Positions 36,863-47,416 of a DNA stretch of 64,000 nucleotides are shown one piece after another; within the stretch, counting starts at the first letter, position 1, and every line of letters starts with the position of its first letter. The notes below the pieces were generated by a model. It had not been told where the DNA came from. It did not search any database and saw only the letters and a list, made by a program, of their open reading frames with translations. This DNA is from Candidatus Latescibacterota bacterium. GTDB lineage: Bacteria > Latescibacterota > UBA2968 > UBA8231. The stretch lies in NCBI GenBank assembly GCA_965261395.1, contig OZ253462.1:2624001-2688000 (forward strand). The letters are read 5' to 3'. Made by a program: the position numbers and the translations under genes.

Positions 36863-38443
36863 TTAAAGACTGACTTGTTTGGCCCAGGAGATGTACTCCC
36901 GAGAGAGAATATCGTCAACTACGTCGGTGGTGATCGGGTCATCGACGTTGAGGATGGTCAGGGCTTGGCCGCCCATTTGGCGACGTCCGCACGACATTTG
37001 GGCGATGTTGACCTCGTGGCTGCCCATAACCGTGCCGATTTGGCCGATGATGCCTGGGACATCGTCGTTGATGTAAAAGAGCATGTGCCCCTCGGGCACG
37101 GCATCGAAGCTGTACTCGTCGAGGCGCACGAGGCGTGGGTCGCTCTTGCCAAAGAGCGTGCCCGCGAGCAGGCGTTGCCCCTTGTTGGTGTGATACACCA
37201 CGGTGATGAGACTGGCGTAGTCCTCGTGCTCGCTGCTGAGCCGCTCATCGACTTGCACGCCGCGCTCCTGCGCGAAAAGCAGCGCATTGACCACATTGAC
37301 TGACGCATCCGAGACAGTCTCCATGATGCCCTTGAGTACGGCCGAGGTCAGCGGCGAGGTCGGGTAGGCGGTGACGTCGCCTTGGTATTCGATGGTGATG
37401 CGCTCTAGCTGTCCCGCGCCGAGTTGGGCTTGTAGGCGACCTAGTCGCTCGGCCAGCACGAGGTAGGGCTGTAGCTTGCCGTGGATCTCGGGATCAACCG
37501 AGGGGGCGTTGACCGCGTTGCGAATGACGCGGCCCATCAGCACGTCGCCGACCTGCTCGGCCACCTGCAAGGCGACATTGGCTTGGGCTTCCTTGGTGGA
37601 GGCGGCCAAGTGCGGCGTGCAGATCACGCGGTCGTCAACCAAGAGGCCCACGAGGGTCGGCGGCTCCTCCTCGAAGACGTCTAAGGCGGCACCGGCGACC
37701 TTGCCCGAAGTCAGGCCGCGCAGGAGGGCGTCCTCGTCAATGATGCCGCCGCGGGCGCAGTTGATTAGATAGACCCCGTCTTTGCACTGAGCGATCTCGG
37801 CGGCGGCAATCAGGTGCCGAGTCTGGTCGCTGAGATGGGTGTGGACGGTGATAAAATCCGCGGTAGCGTAGATCTCGTCGAGGGATGCGAGATGTGCGCC
37901 GTAAGAGAGGGCCATGTCTTGGCCGATATAGGGATCGTAACCGAGGACCTTCATGTGAAAGGCCGTTGCGCGCGCGGCCACCTCCCTCCCCACTCGGCCC
38001 AAGCCGACCACGGCAAGGGTCTTGCCAGCCAGCTCGACGCCGACGAATTGGCTCCGTTCCCACAGCCCCTTTTTAAGCGAGGCCGTCGCCTGCGGGATGT
38101 GCCGCGCAAGGGAGGCTATGAGTGCGAAGGTGTGCTCGGCGGTCGATAGGGAATTGCCGCCCGGGGTATTCATGACGATGACGCCGTGGCGGGTTGCCGC
38201 CTCTACGTCGATGTTGTCGAAGCCCGTGCCGGCGCGGCCAATGACCCGGAGGCGCGGCGCGGCGGCGAGCACCTCGGCCGTCACCTTGGTCGCGCTGCGC
38301 ACGACGAGTCCTTCGTAGTCACCGATGCAGTCTAGGAGCGCACTCGACGACAACCCGCTGCGCACGTCCACTGCGATCCCGTCATTGGCTTCGAGAATCT
38401 CGACGCAGCGGGGGTCCATCTTGTCGCTGATCAGTACTTTCAT
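36863..38443 (-). CDS. serA: D-3-phosphoglycerate dehydrogenase with ASB and ACT domains
   Basis: VRS.TKVT, RAG.G.DNID, N.ARGG, DVF.EEP, PHL.AST.EAQ. Confidence 0.95.
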   Translation of the reverse strand: MKVLISDKMDPRCVEILEANDGIAVDVRSGLSSSALLDCIGDYEGLVVRSATKVTAEVLAAAPRLRVIGRAGTGFDNIDVEAATRHGVIVMNTPGGNSLSTAEHTFALIASLARHIPQATASLKKGLWERSQFVGVELAGKTLAVVGLGRVGREVAARATAFHMKVLGYDPYIGQDMALSYGAHLASLDEIYATADFITVHTHLSDQTRHLIAAAEIAQCKDGVYLINCARGGIIDEDALLRGLTSGKVAGAALDVFEEEPPTLVGLLVDDRVICTPHLAASTKEAQANVALQVAEQVGDVLMGRVIRNAVNAPSVDPEIHGKLQPYLVLAERLGRLQAQLGAGQLERITIEYQGDVTAYPTSPLTSAVLKGIMETVSDASVNVVNALLFAQERGVQVDERLSSEHEDYASLITVVYHTNKGQRLLAGTLFGKSDPRLVRLDEYSFDAVPEGHMLFYINDDVPGIIGQIGTVMGSHEVNIAQMSCGRRQMGGQALTILNVDDPITTDVVDDILSREYISWAKQVSL

Positions 38444-38451
38444 GGTCCTTT

Positions 38452-39048
38452 TTAGGTTGCGTTGCCGGCTAAAGCCTCGGCGATCCACCCTGTAATGTCG
38501 TCCTGCCCACGACCGTCAAGCGCCGAGAAGGGCACAAAGGAAAGGCCGGCGAGCGATCCTTGGTCATCGAGTTGGTCGAATAAGTGTTGCAACTTATTGC
38601 GCGACAGTTTGTCGGCCTTGGTAAAGACCAGCAAGAAGGGCTTATCGAGCGAGCGCAACTCGTTGATCATCTGCCAGTCTAAGTCGGTGGGGCCGCGCCG
38701 GGCATCGACGAGCTGCAACACCGCGCACAATACCTCGCGGTTGGTCATGTAGCTGCGGATGAGTCGGCCGAGCTGTAAGCGCAAGCCCACGCCGCCGCGC
38801 ACGTACCCGTAGCCAGGCAGATCGACCAAGTAAAACTGCTCGTTGGCCAGATAGTAGTTTAACTGCTGGGTCTTGCCAGGTACGGTGCTGGTGCGCGCCA
38901 GCCTCTTGCGCTGTACCAACCTGTTGATCAGGGAGGACTTGCCGACGTTGGAGCGGCCTACTAAGGCGATTTCGGGCAACCCGTCCTTGGGCAGATCAGC
39001 CGTGCGGACAGCACTAATTTTGAATTCGACAGAGGAAAAGCGCATCAC
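38452..39048 (-). CDS. engB: Ribosome biogenesis GTPase YihA/YsxC
   Basis: GRSNVGKSS, PGKT, DLPGYGY, TKADK. Confidence 0.95.
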   Translation of the reverse strand: MMRFSSVEFKISAVRTADLPKDGLPEIALVGRSNVGKSSLINRLVQRKRLARTSTVPGKTQQLNYYLANEQFYLVDLPGYGYVRGGVGLRLQLGRLIRSYMTNREVLCAVLQLVDARRGPTDLDWQMINELRSLDKPFLLVFTKADKLSRNKLQHLFDQLDDQGSLAGLSFVPFSALDGRGQDDITGWIAEALAGNAT

Positions 39049-39061
39049 CGGGGCTTGGAGA

Positions 39062-40309
39062 TTAGGCGCGTTTGCGCCGGATCTCTTCGTCTTCGCTGTT
39101 GGACCGTGCGATCCCGCTCTCGATCATTTCGCCCGTAACTTGCAGACGCGAGACTTCCTCCTGAGAGGGAATATCGAACATGATGTCCATCATAGCCTGC
39201 TCTAGGACAGAGCGCAGGCCGCGGGCCCCAGTGCCCTTGTGAACGGTCAGGGCCACTACCTTGCGCAGGGCTTCCTCGGTGAACTCGACCTCGACTCCGT
39301 CCATGGCGAAGAGCCGCTGCGACTGCTTGATGATGGCGTCGTGCGGCTCGGTGAGGATGCGGAACAAGTCGTCCTCGGTGAGCGAGTCCATAGTGGTGAT
39401 TACTGGTACGCGGCCGACAAATTCGGGGATCATGCCGTAGGCGAGCAGATCTTCGGGCTGGACCAGCGGCAATACGTCCGGAGTGTCGAGGCTGCTCTCG
39501 TCGCCGTCGGCCCCAAAGCCCATAGTGCGTTTGCCGACTCGTTGGCTGATGACCTTGTCCAGCCCCTCGAAGGCCCCGCCGCAGACGAAGAGGATGTTGC
39601 GGGTATCCATCTGGATCATCGACTGCTCAGGGTGCTTGCGGCCCCCCTTGGGTGGGATGTTGGCGGTGGTGCCCTCCAGAATTTTGAGCAGTGCTTGTTG
39701 CACGCCTTCGCCCGACACGTCGCGGCCGACCGAAGGCGTAGCACTCTTGCGGGCGATCTTGTCAACCTCGTCGAGATAGAGGATGCCCTTTTCGGCACGA
39801 GGCACGTCGTAATCGGCCGCTTGCAAAAGGCCCACGAGGATGTTTTCCACGTCCTCACCCACGTAGCCGGCCTCGGTGAGAATGGTGGCGTCGGCAATGG
39901 AGAAGGGGACCTGCAGGAATTTGGCGAGGGTTTTGGCCAGTTCGGTCTTGCCGGTGCCGGTGGGGCCGATGAGCATTACGTTGCTTTTTTCGAGTTCCAC
40001 CTCGTCTAGGTCAACTTTGGTGCGAATGCGCTTGTAGTGGTTGTACACGGCGACCGCGAGGATTTTCTTGGCCCGCTCTTGGGCGATCACGTATTCGTCG
40101 AGAAAATCCTTGATTTGGCCCGGCTTGGGCATCTCTGCGGTCTCCCAGGGGAGGGTCTTTTGCCGCTCTTCGGACAGTACGTCGTTGCACAGCTTGACGC
40201 ACTCGTTGCAGATGTGGACCTGGGGGCCGGTGATGATCTTGTCAACTTGGTTGTGGCTACGCCCGCAGAACGAGCAGCGCGGATCGCTTTGGGGAGGCCG
40301 ACGACGCAA
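39062..40309 (-). CDS. clpX: Clp protease ATP-binding subunit ClpX
   Basis: CSFCG zinc domain, [34 protein letters not shown]. Confidence 0.97.
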   Translation of the reverse strand: MRRRPPQSDPRCSFCGRSHNQVDKIITGPQVHICNECVKLCNDVLSEERQKTLPWETAEMPKPGQIKDFLDEYVIAQERAKKILAVAVYNHYKRIRTKVDLDEVELEKSNVMLIGPTGTGKTELAKTLAKFLQVPFSIADATILTEAGYVGEDVENILVGLLQAADYDVPRAEKGILYLDEVDKIARKSATPSVGRDVSGEGVQQALLKILEGTTANIPPKGGRKHPEQSMIQMDTRNILFVCGGAFEGLDKVISQRVGKRTMGFGADGDESSLDTPDVLPLVQPEDLLAYGMIPEFVGRVPVITTMDSLTEDDLFRILTEPHDAIIKQSQRLFAMDGVEVEFTEEALRKVVALTVHKGTGARGLRSVLEQAMMDIMFDIPSQEEVSRLQVTGEMIESGIARSNSEDEEIRRKRA

Positions 40310-40318
40310 AATAGGCTC

Positions 40319-40927
40319 CTATACTGAGGAGGGGGCTACCTCGACGCGAGATGGAGCGATGATCTCGTCGATGATGCCGTATTCGACGGCTTCTGCGGCC
40401 GACATGAAGAAGTCTCGCTCGGTGTCGTGCTCAATGCGCTCTAGCGGCTGCCCGGTACACTCGACTAGCACCTCGTTGATCTGCTGGCGCATGGCGATGA
40501 TCTCGCGGGCGTGGATTTCCATGTCGGCCGCTTGACCGCCGATCCCGCCCATGGGCTGGTGCAGCAAGACGCGGGCGTTGGACAGGGCCTGGCGCTTGCC
40601 CTTGGTGCCGCCGGCCAAAAGCACGGCTCCCATGCTAGATGCTTGGCCGATGCAGATCGTGGCTATGTCGGAGGCCACGTATTGCATGGTGTCGTAGATG
40701 GCCATGCCCGCCGAGATCAGCCCGCCGGGGGTGTTGAGATAGAGCGCGATGTCCTTTTTGGGATCTTCAGAAGCGAGAAAGAGCATCTGGGCGATGATGA
40801 GATTGGCGATCGCGTCGTTGATCGGAGTGCCAGCAAAGATGATGCGGTCCTTGAGCAGCCGCGAGTAGATGTCGTAGGAGCGCTCACCTCGGCCCGTCTG
40901 TTCGATGACCATTGGAATCAGCGACAT
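40319..40927 (-). CDS. clpP: Clp protease proteolytic subunit
   Basis: [28 protein letters not shown]. Confidence 0.97.
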   Translation of the reverse strand: MSLIPMVIEQTGRGERSYDIYSRLLKDRIIFAGTPINDAIANLIIAQMLFLASEDPKKDIALYLNTPGGLISAGMAIYDTMQYVASDIATICIGQASSMGAVLLAGGTKGKRQALSNARVLLHQPMGGIGGQAADMEIHAREIIAMRQQINEVLVECTGQPLERIEHDTERDFFMSAAEAVEYGIIDEIIAPSRVEVAPSSV

Positions 40928-40930
40928 GAT

Positions 40931-42187
40931 TTATACCTTTTCCTCTTTAATTTCGGCTTTGGCGATGAGCAAATCAAAGACCTTTTGGTCTTCCAACTCC
41001 CGCCGCTCCCGCCGCAATCCCTCCGCGTTCTGCAAGTCGGAGGGTTGGACGCCGGCGCGGGTGGCGCGCTCGGCGGTGAATTGGGCAAACTCCGCGTCCG
41101 TCACTTCGATCCCGGCTTGTTGGCGCACGCTGTCGAGCAGTAGATAGCTCTTGAGCTGGCGCGTGGCTTGGGCGCGCTCTTCGTCGCTGTGGCTGTGATC
41201 GTGATCGTGGTCGTGGTCGTGATGGGCCTGCTCCCGCTCGAGCGAGTCGAGGTAGTTATCGACCATGCTCTCGGGCAGCTCGAATTCGTTTTTTAGGATG
41301 AGCTGGCTGATCAATTCGTTGTGCAGGCGCTGCTGGGCCATGTATTCCCAGCGCTCTTGGATCTGCCCGCTGAGGTGCTGGCGCAAGTCGTCGAGGGTCT
41401 GGAACTGTTCGCCGAGGTCCTTGGCGAACTCGTCGTCGAGCTCGGGCAGGGTGCGCTCGCGCACCTCGTGGGCTGCCACTGCGAAATGCGCGGTCTGGCC
41501 GGCAAGCTGTTCGTTGGGCAGGTCCTCGCGGTAGGCGAAGCGGACCTTGCGTTCTGCGCCGGCGCCCATGCCGACAAGGGCCTCTTCAAACTCGGGGCTG
41601 AGGGCGTTCTCGTCGCCGATGAGGATGTGGCGTTTCTCGTACTTATCGCCAATGATGGGTAGGCCGCTGTCGTCGAGTCGCTGTAAATCCGCGACGAGTA
41701 CGTCGCCCTTGGCCAATGGCCGCTCGACGACTCGCTCGGTGGCGTGGCGGCGGCGCAGTTCCTCTAGGTGTTCGCCGATTTCCTCGTCGGCCACCTCGTG
41801 AACCATGCGGGTAGCGGCGAGCTTTTCGTAGTGCTCGGCGTTGATTTCGGGCCAGATGTCGAGAGCCGCCGTAAACGTCAGATTTCCCCCCGGCTCGTGG
41901 TCGAGCTGGGAAATTTGGGGCGGTGCGGCTGGCCGCAGGCCCGCCTCGCGCGTGGCTTCTTCTAGGAGCGAGGGGAGGAGATCGCCGAGGACTTCGCCGC
42001 GGATGGAACTGCCGAAGCGTGACTCGACGATCCGGAGCGGCACTTTGCCCTTGCGGAAGCCCGGAATCTCCAGCCGCTTTTGGTATCGGCGCAGTGCCTT
42101 ATTGACGGCATCGTCGATGCGCGCGGCCTCTACTTCAACGGCTAGCTCGCGTGCCCACTGGCCCTTCTCTGTGACATGAGTCTTCAC
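40931..42187 (-). CDS. tig: Trigger factor
   Basis: IPGFRKGKVP; tig-clpP-clpX order. Confidence 0.93.
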   Translation of the reverse strand: MKTHVTEKGQWARELAVEVEAARIDDAVNKALRRYQKRLEIPGFRKGKVPLRIVESRFGSSIRGEVLGDLLPSLLEEATREAGLRPAAPPQISQLDHEPGGNLTFTAALDIWPEINAEHYEKLAATRMVHEVADEEIGEHLEELRRRHATERVVERPLAKGDVLVADLQRLDDSGLPIIGDKYEKRHILIGDENALSPEFEEALVGMGAGAERKVRFAYREDLPNEQLAGQTAHFAVAAHEVRERTLPELDDEFAKDLGEQFQTLDDLRQHLSGQIQERWEYMAQQRLHNELISQLILKNEFELPESMVDNYLDSLEREQAHHDHDHDHDHSHSDEERAQATRQLKSYLLLDSVRQQAGIEVTDAEFAQFTAERATRAGVQPSDLQNAEGLRRERRELEDQKVFDLLIAKAEIKEEKV

Positions 42188-42250
42188 GAAACGCAACCCT
42201 TACAAAGCTAGGCGCACCGCCGAATCGTGGACAGTGCGCTCGTCTATTTA

Positions 42251-42337
42251 TGGTGCGAAAGGGGGGACTCGAACCCCCAAGCCCTTTCGGGCACTAGATC
42301 CTAAATCTAGCGCGTCTGCCAGTTCCGCCACTTTCGC
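42251..42337 (-). tRNA. tRNA-Leu(TAG), CCA encoded
   Basis: GCGAAAG/CTTTCGC acceptor stem, anticodon arm CTAGA-TTTAGGA-TCTAG, long variable arm, GTTCGAG T-loop; usual position upstream of tig. Confidence 0.97.
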
Positions 42338-42429
42338 CAACGGGATACAGTATCGCAACGCGGAAGTTTGCGCCTAGGGAGAGTTATAGCCCAAGCGCGA
42401 AGGATAATATCAGGATTTATACTACCGGG

Positions 42430-43803
42430 TCAAGGGATTTGCCAAGCATCCATGCGGCTCTCAAGGTGGACGCGCAACTCGACTATGGGCACCCGCTCTT
42501 GGGCCATAGTGTCGCGAACGCGCACGGTGACGGTCTGATTCTCTAGGGTATCCGAATCGACCGTTAGGCAGAACGGCGTCCCCACCTCGTCCATGCGCCG
42601 GTAGCGGCGGCCAATCGCGCCGCCCTCGTCGTAAAAAACCCGCATGTAAGGCCGGAGGTCCTCGGCGATTTGCCGGGCAATGGCGGGCATGCCGTCGCGC
42701 TTGACGAGGGGCAATACCGCCGCTTTGATTGGCGCAATGCGGGGGTGAAAGCGCATTACCACCCTCGTCTCTTCCCTGACCTCTTCCTCGTGATATGCCT
42801 CGACTAAGCAGGCCATGCAAGTGCGGCTGGCCCCTATTGAGGTTTCTACTACGTAGGGCACGAACTTTGTGCGCTGCTGCTCGTCGAAGTACTTGAGCTG
42901 TTTGCCCGAGAATTTTTCGTGCTGCGATAGGTCGTAGTCGCCGCGATTGTGGATGCCCTCGATCTCGCCCGGGCCAAAGGGGAACTCGTATTGGATGTCG
43001 AAGGCGGCGCGGGCATAATGGGCCAGTTCGTCGCCTTGGTGTTCGTGCCAGCTCAACTTGCCCTCGGGTAGGCCGATATGCGCGAACCACTTCCAGCGCT
43101 CCTCGCGCCAGTAGTCGAACCACTCGTCTTGGGTTCCTGGCGCGACGAAGTACTGCATCTCCATCTGCTCAAATTCTCGAGTGCGGAAGAGGAAATTCTT
43201 GGTGTTGATCTCGTTGCGGAATGCCTTGCCTATCTGGGCGATGCCAAAGGGCAGCTTCTGGCGCGTCGCCGCTTGCACGTTGAGGTAGTTGACGAAGATG
43301 CCCTGCGCCGTCTCGGGGCGGAGAAAGACCCGTGCACTGTCGTCTTCGAGCGGGCCGACGAAGGTTTTGAACATCAGGTTGAATTGCCGCGGGTCGCTCA
43401 GTTCGTTGCCCTTGGGGCTTTTAATGTCGCGCTCGCGCAGCAGCACGCCCATTTCCTCGGCGCTCAGGCCCGCTACGTCGATGCCGTTTTCTTCGAGGAG
43501 CTGGTCGAGCCGGAAGCGCTCGTTGGTCTTGCGATCTTCGACCATGGGGTCGGTAAAGCTGTCGACGTGGCCCGATGCCTCCCACACTCGCTGATTCATG
43601 AGGATGCTGGCGTCGATGCCCTCCACGTCCTCTCGGTAGGTCATGGCCTTCCACCAGACCTCTTTGATGTTGCGCAACAGCTCGACGCCCAAAGGGCCGT
43701 AATCCCAGCAGCCATTGAGACCACCGTAGATTTCCGAGCTTTGGAAGATGAAGCCTTTGCGCTTACACAGGGATACTAGTTTCTCCATTGCGTCGTCGGA
43801 CAT
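42430..43803 (-). CDS. glyQS: Glycine--tRNA ligase (homodimeric alpha2 type)
   Basis: SEIYGG, DYGPLG, LRPETAQGIF, FR.REFEQME, IGRRYRR.DE.GTP. Confidence 0.96.
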   Translation of the reverse strand: MSDDAMEKLVSLCKRKGFIFQSSEIYGGLNGCWDYGPLGVELLRNIKEVWWKAMTYREDVEGIDASILMNQRVWEASGHVDSFTDPMVEDRKTNERFRLDQLLEENGIDVAGLSAEEMGVLLRERDIKSPKGNELSDPRQFNLMFKTFVGPLEDDSARVFLRPETAQGIFVNYLNVQAATRQKLPFGIAQIGKAFRNEINTKNFLFRTREFEQMEMQYFVAPGTQDEWFDYWREERWKWFAHIGLPEGKLSWHEHQGDELAHYARAAFDIQYEFPFGPGEIEGIHNRGDYDLSQHEKFSGKQLKYFDEQQRTKFVPYVVETSIGASRTCMACLVEAYHEEEVREETRVVMRFHPRIAPIKAAVLPLVKRDGMPAIARQIAEDLRPYMRVFYDEGGAIGRRYRRMDEVGTPFCLTVDSDTLENQTVTVRVRDTMAQERVPIVELRVHLESRMDAWQIP

Positions 43804-43819
43804 GAAAATCTCCAATAAG

Positions 43820-44599
43820 TTAGGCGGGCAAAGCGGCCTTGTTGAGGCCATCGAGAAAGTCGAGCGATTTAAGCCGGCTGTGCTCGCCCCCGTAGTACTC
43901 TAGAAAGCCGCGCAAAGCCATGCGGATCTCGCCGCGCTGGGCAGGGGCTTGGGGGAGGGCCTCTTTGCTGTAGGTCCTAAGACCCTGGAGGACAGCGAGA
44001 AAGCGCAAGCTACGCTGGGCTAAACGCACTCCGTTCCCAGGGCCGCAGGCGGCGCACAGGCTACCCCCTAGGGCTGCGCTGAACCACGACGAGGGGCCAA
44101 CTAGCTCGCGTTGGCAGGTAATGCACTGGCGTAGCTCCGGGCGATAGCCTAGGGCCGCGGCGGTGCGTAGCTGGAAGTACCAGAACAGCGATTCGACCTG
44201 TTCTGGCTCTACTTCAGCAAGGCCGTGCAATACCCCAGATAGGCACTGGTAGAGTCGGAGGTTGCCTGCGCCCTCGATCGTCAGGCGGTCAACTAGCTCG
44301 CAGGCGGCGCTACCAAAGGAAAGTCGCTCTAGGCTTTGCGATAGATCGGGCGCTGGTTTGAGGAGGGTGCATTCACTCAGGGTTTGCAGGTCGCGAGTTT
44401 CTTTGACGTAGCAGATGGCTTGGACTTCGGTCATCAGGCCGAGCGCGGCGCCGAACCGGCTCTTGGGCTTGCGGGCACCCTGGGCCATGGCCTTGAGCTT
44501 GCCGCACTCCTGAGCGTAGAACGTCACCAGGCTGCTGGTCTCGCCCATGCGCATGGTGCGCAGCACGATGGCACGCGTTTTGACGATAGTGCGCGGCAC
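43820..44599 (-). CDS. recO: DNA repair protein RecO
   Basis: AIVLR....E, GK....A.GARKPKSRF, GY.P.L..C..C zinc motif, LKS..FL. Confidence 0.92.
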   Translation of the reverse strand: MPRTIVKTRAIVLRTMRMGETSSLVTFYAQECGKLKAMAQGARKPKSRFGAALGLMTEVQAICYVKETRDLQTLSECTLLKPAPDLSQSLERLSFGSAACELVDRLTIEGAGNLRLYQCLSGVLHGLAEVEPEQVESLFWYFQLRTAAALGYRPELRQCITCQRELVGPSSWFSAALGGSLCAACGPGNGVRLAQRSLRFLAVLQGLRTYSKEALPQAPAQRGEIRMALRGFLEYYGGEHSRLKSLDFLDGLNKAALPA

Positions 44600-44602
44600 A
44601 GG

Positions 44603-44884
44603 TCAATCGCCCTCTTCCTCAGGCAGGGGGATGACTACCTCGCCCGGTTTGACCAAGCCGAGATCTTCGCGCGCGACCCTCTCGATGAAATCGATGTCGC
44701 TTTCGAGCAATTTTAGCACTTGGCGCAAGCTATCCGTTTCGGCTTCTAGTTGTTTCTTCTGCGCTTCAAGCTCCGTTAGGGTTTTCTCTTCCTGCCACAC
44801 TTTGTAGAACAGCCCATTGCCAAAGGCCACGTAAGCCACGAGAACGAGGAAGGCGATCAGCAAGATCTTGGTCGTTTTAGTCAC
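44603..44884 (-). CDS. ftsB: Septum formation initiator (FtsB/DivIC family)
   Basis: TM, coiled coil, IERVAREDLGLVKPGE. Confidence 0.85.
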   Translation of the reverse strand: MTKTTKILLIAFLVLVAYVAFGNGLFYKVWQEEKTLTELEAQKKQLEAETDSLRQVLKLLESDIDFIERVAREDLGLVKPGEVVIPLPEEEGD

Positions 44885-44891
44885 GTCGATT

Positions 44892-46037
44892 TTAAAATAA
44901 GACGAGGTCGTCGCGATGGATGACTTCGCGGGCGGGGCGGCCTAGCTCGCTTGCGACTTCAGGCGAGTTCATGCCTAATATGCGGCGCAGTTCAGCGGAG
45001 GAGTAACGGCACAAGCCCCGCCCCAGCTTCTCGCCGCGCTCGCCGATCACCTGTACCACGTCGCCAGCGGCAAACTCGCCCTCGCAGGAGACGACCCCCA
45101 CCGGGAGCAGGCTCTTGTCCTGCTCGGTGATGGCGCGTTGGGCACCGCGGTCGATCACCGCGCTGCCACAGCACTGGCTGGCAAAGCCGATCCAGCGATG
45201 CCGGCTGTTGAGCTTGCGGCCGGTCGGCAGAAAAAGCGTCCCCTGCTCGCGGCCGGCGAGGATGTGACGCAATCGGTGTCTGCGCCCGTGCGCGATGACC
45301 GCCATTTCGCCGCAGGCCATCAAGAGCCGAGCGGCCTGTAGCTTAGTCGCCATGCCGCCGCTGCCGCGCCCGTCGAGCGAGCGGCCGATCATCCCCTCTA
45401 TAGCGAGGCTGTCTTGACTCACTTGGCTCACTAGCTTGCCTTCGGGGCCACGCGGGCCGAAGGCGTGGTAAAGCCCCTCGACATCCGAGAAAATGACCAG
45501 CATATCCGCCCGGATTAGGTTCGTCACATAAGCGGCGAGCATGTCATTTTCCCCGAGCTGGCGCCGGAGTTCGGCAACGGCGACGCTGTCGTTTTCGTTG
45601 ATTAGGGGCACGGCCCCGTAGGCAAAGAGATTGCGAAAGGTGTTTTCGAGATTTACGTAGCGATGACGGTCGCCGAGGATATCTTCGGCGGTTAAGAGTA
45701 CTTGGCCGATGGGCACACCTCGGCGGTGGAACTTGTCCTTGTAGATATCCATCAACAGGACTTGGCCGATGGCCGCGAGGGCTTGTAGTTGGGCGATGTT
45801 ATCTGGGCGTTTGTCCAACTCCATCCGCCCCATGCCCGCGGCTACCGCTCCCGAGGTGACGACCGCCACTTCCAGTCCCTGTGAGCGCAGTTCGACCACG
45901 TCTTCGACGAGCTGTGCAACGACCTCATCGTCGAGTTTGTGGCACTGAGTGGTCAGGGCGCTGCTGCCGATCTTGACCACCAGCCGCTGCACCTCGCTCA
46001 TCAGTGCCTGTCTCGGTACTTCGCTTGCCTCGGTCAC
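44892..46037 (-). CDS. proB: Glutamate 5-kinase with PUA domain
   Basis: VVKIGSS, SGAV..G, NENDSV, GGM.TKL.AA, IHRDDL. Confidence 0.95.
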   Translation of the reverse strand: MTEASEVPRQALMSEVQRLVVKIGSSALTTQCHKLDDEVVAQLVEDVVELRSQGLEVAVVTSGAVAAGMGRMELDKRPDNIAQLQALAAIGQVLLMDIYKDKFHRRGVPIGQVLLTAEDILGDRHRYVNLENTFRNLFAYGAVPLINENDSVAVAELRRQLGENDMLAAYVTNLIRADMLVIFSDVEGLYHAFGPRGPEGKLVSQVSQDSLAIEGMIGRSLDGRGSGGMATKLQAARLLMACGEMAVIAHGRRHRLRHILAGREQGTLFLPTGRKLNSRHRWIGFASQCCGSAVIDRGAQRAITEQDKSLLPVGVVSCEGEFAAGDVVQVIGERGEKLGRGLCRYSSAELRRILGMNSPEVASELGRPAREVIHRDDLVLF

Positions 46038-46807
46038 TGGCGCACCATTACTCCGCGCTCGCGCAGAAAGCTCTTGACTTCGGGAATTGAATAATGCTGA
46101 AAGTGGAAGATGGAGGCCGCCAGCGCGGCACTGGCCTCGCCCGTGGTCAGCACCTCGTAGATGTGGTCGAGGTTACCGGCACCGCCCGAGGCGACGATGG
46201 GTACATCCACGCAGCGCGCCACCGCTTGGTTTAGCTCGAGGTCGTACCCAGCGCGGGTCCCGTCGGCGTCGATGCTGTTGAGCACCAACTCGCCTGCCCC
46301 GCGATCGACGAGGGCTTCCACCCACTCTAGGGCGTCGATGCCGGTGGCCTTGCGCCCGCCGTTGATGTACAGCTCCCACGACGGTGGCTCGCCGGGCGCA
46401 GTCGGACGCCTAAGCGCGTCGATGGCTGCTACGATGCACTGCGAGCCAAAGCTCTCGGCGCTTTGGTTGATGATTTCCGGCGAATATACATGGGCCGAGT
46501 TGATCGAGACCTTGTCGGCACCGGTCTTGAGAATGTGGCGCACGTCCGCGAAGGTGCGAATCCCGCCGCCGACCATCAGGGGAATGAAGACCCGTTCGGA
46601 GACTTGGCGCACGAGGTCCATGACGATGGCGCGGCCATCGGCTGAAGCAGTGATGTCGTAGAAGACGAGTTCGTCTGCGCCTTCGGCGTCGTAGCGCGCG
46701 GCTAGCTCGACAGGGTCGCCGGCGTCGCGGTCGGCCGAAAAGCGCACTCCGCGCACGTTGCGACCATTTTTGACATCTAGACAGGGAATGATTCGCTTGG
46801 CGAGCAT
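46034..46807 (-). CDS. hisF: Imidazole glycerol phosphate synthase cyclase subunit
   Basis: [33 protein letters not shown]. Confidence 0.97.
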   Translation of the reverse strand: MLAKRIIPCLDVKNGRNVRGVRFSADRDAGDPVELAARYDAEGADELVFYDITASADGRAIVMDLVRQVSERVFIPLMVGGGIRTFADVRHILKTGADKVSINSAHVYSPEIINQSAESFGSQCIVAAIDALRRPTAPGEPPSWELYINGGRKATGIDALEWVEALVDRGAGELVLNSIDADGTRAGYDLELNQAVARCVDVPIVASGGAGNLDHIYEVLTTGEASAALAASIFHFQHYSIPEVKSFLRERGVMVRQ

Positions 46808-46813
46808 ATCTCT

Positions 46814-47416
46814 TCAGTGCAGGCGCGCGAAGTTGTCGAGGAGGCGCAAGCCGTGGGCTTGGCTCTTTTCCGGATGAAATTGCACGCCAAAGACGCGGCC
46901 GCTCCCAGCGACTGAGGTGTAGTCAATCCCGTAGTCGGTCGTGGCAACGCAATCGCCGGTGTTGTCGTTTACTACGTAGTAAGAATGCACAAAGTAGAAA
47001 AAACTCCCTTCGGGTACGCCCTCTAAAAGCGAGACCTTGCGCTTGATGGCGATTTGGTTCCAGCCGATGTGTGGCACTCGCTCGGTAGGAGGGAAACGCA
47101 CGCATTTGCCCGGCAGAATTCCGAGGCCGCGATGCCTGCCCATTTCCTCACTTTCCTCGAACATGAGTTGTAGTCCCACGCAGATGCCCAAGAAGGGCTT
47201 GTCGGCCGCGAGCCCCTCGGCGATGGCCGCGTCCCAACCGGCGACTTGCAAGTTGTGCATGGCGTCGCCAAAGGCCGCGTCCCCAGGCAAAACGAGATGC
47301 GTGGCCGCGCTTAGGCGTTCGGGGGCTTCGACGATCTCGGCCGCATAGCCGAGGAATTCGAAGGCCTTCTGCACGCTGCGCAAATTGCCCATGCCGTAGT
47401 CGATGACCGCGATCAC
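46814..47416 (-). CDS. hisH: Imidazole glycerol phosphate synthase amidotransferase subunit
   Basis: IDYGMGNL.SV, GICVGLQ, PHIGWN, YFVHSY, QFHPEKS. Confidence 0.96.
   Translation of the reverse strand: MIAVIDYGMGNLRSVQKAFEFLGYAAEIVEAPERLSAATHLVLPGDAAFGDAMHNLQVAGWDAAIAEGLAADKPFLGICVGLQLMFEESEEMGRHRGLGILPGKCVRFPPTERVPHIGWNQIAIKRKVSLLEGVPEGSFFYFVHSYYVVNDNTGDCVATTDYGIDYTSVAGSGRVFGVQFHPEKSQAHGLRLLDNFARLH

Noticed and set aside
42190-42430. tRNA-Leu as an integration site
   Set aside because: No integrase, no duplicated tRNA 3' end seen, core genes on both sides
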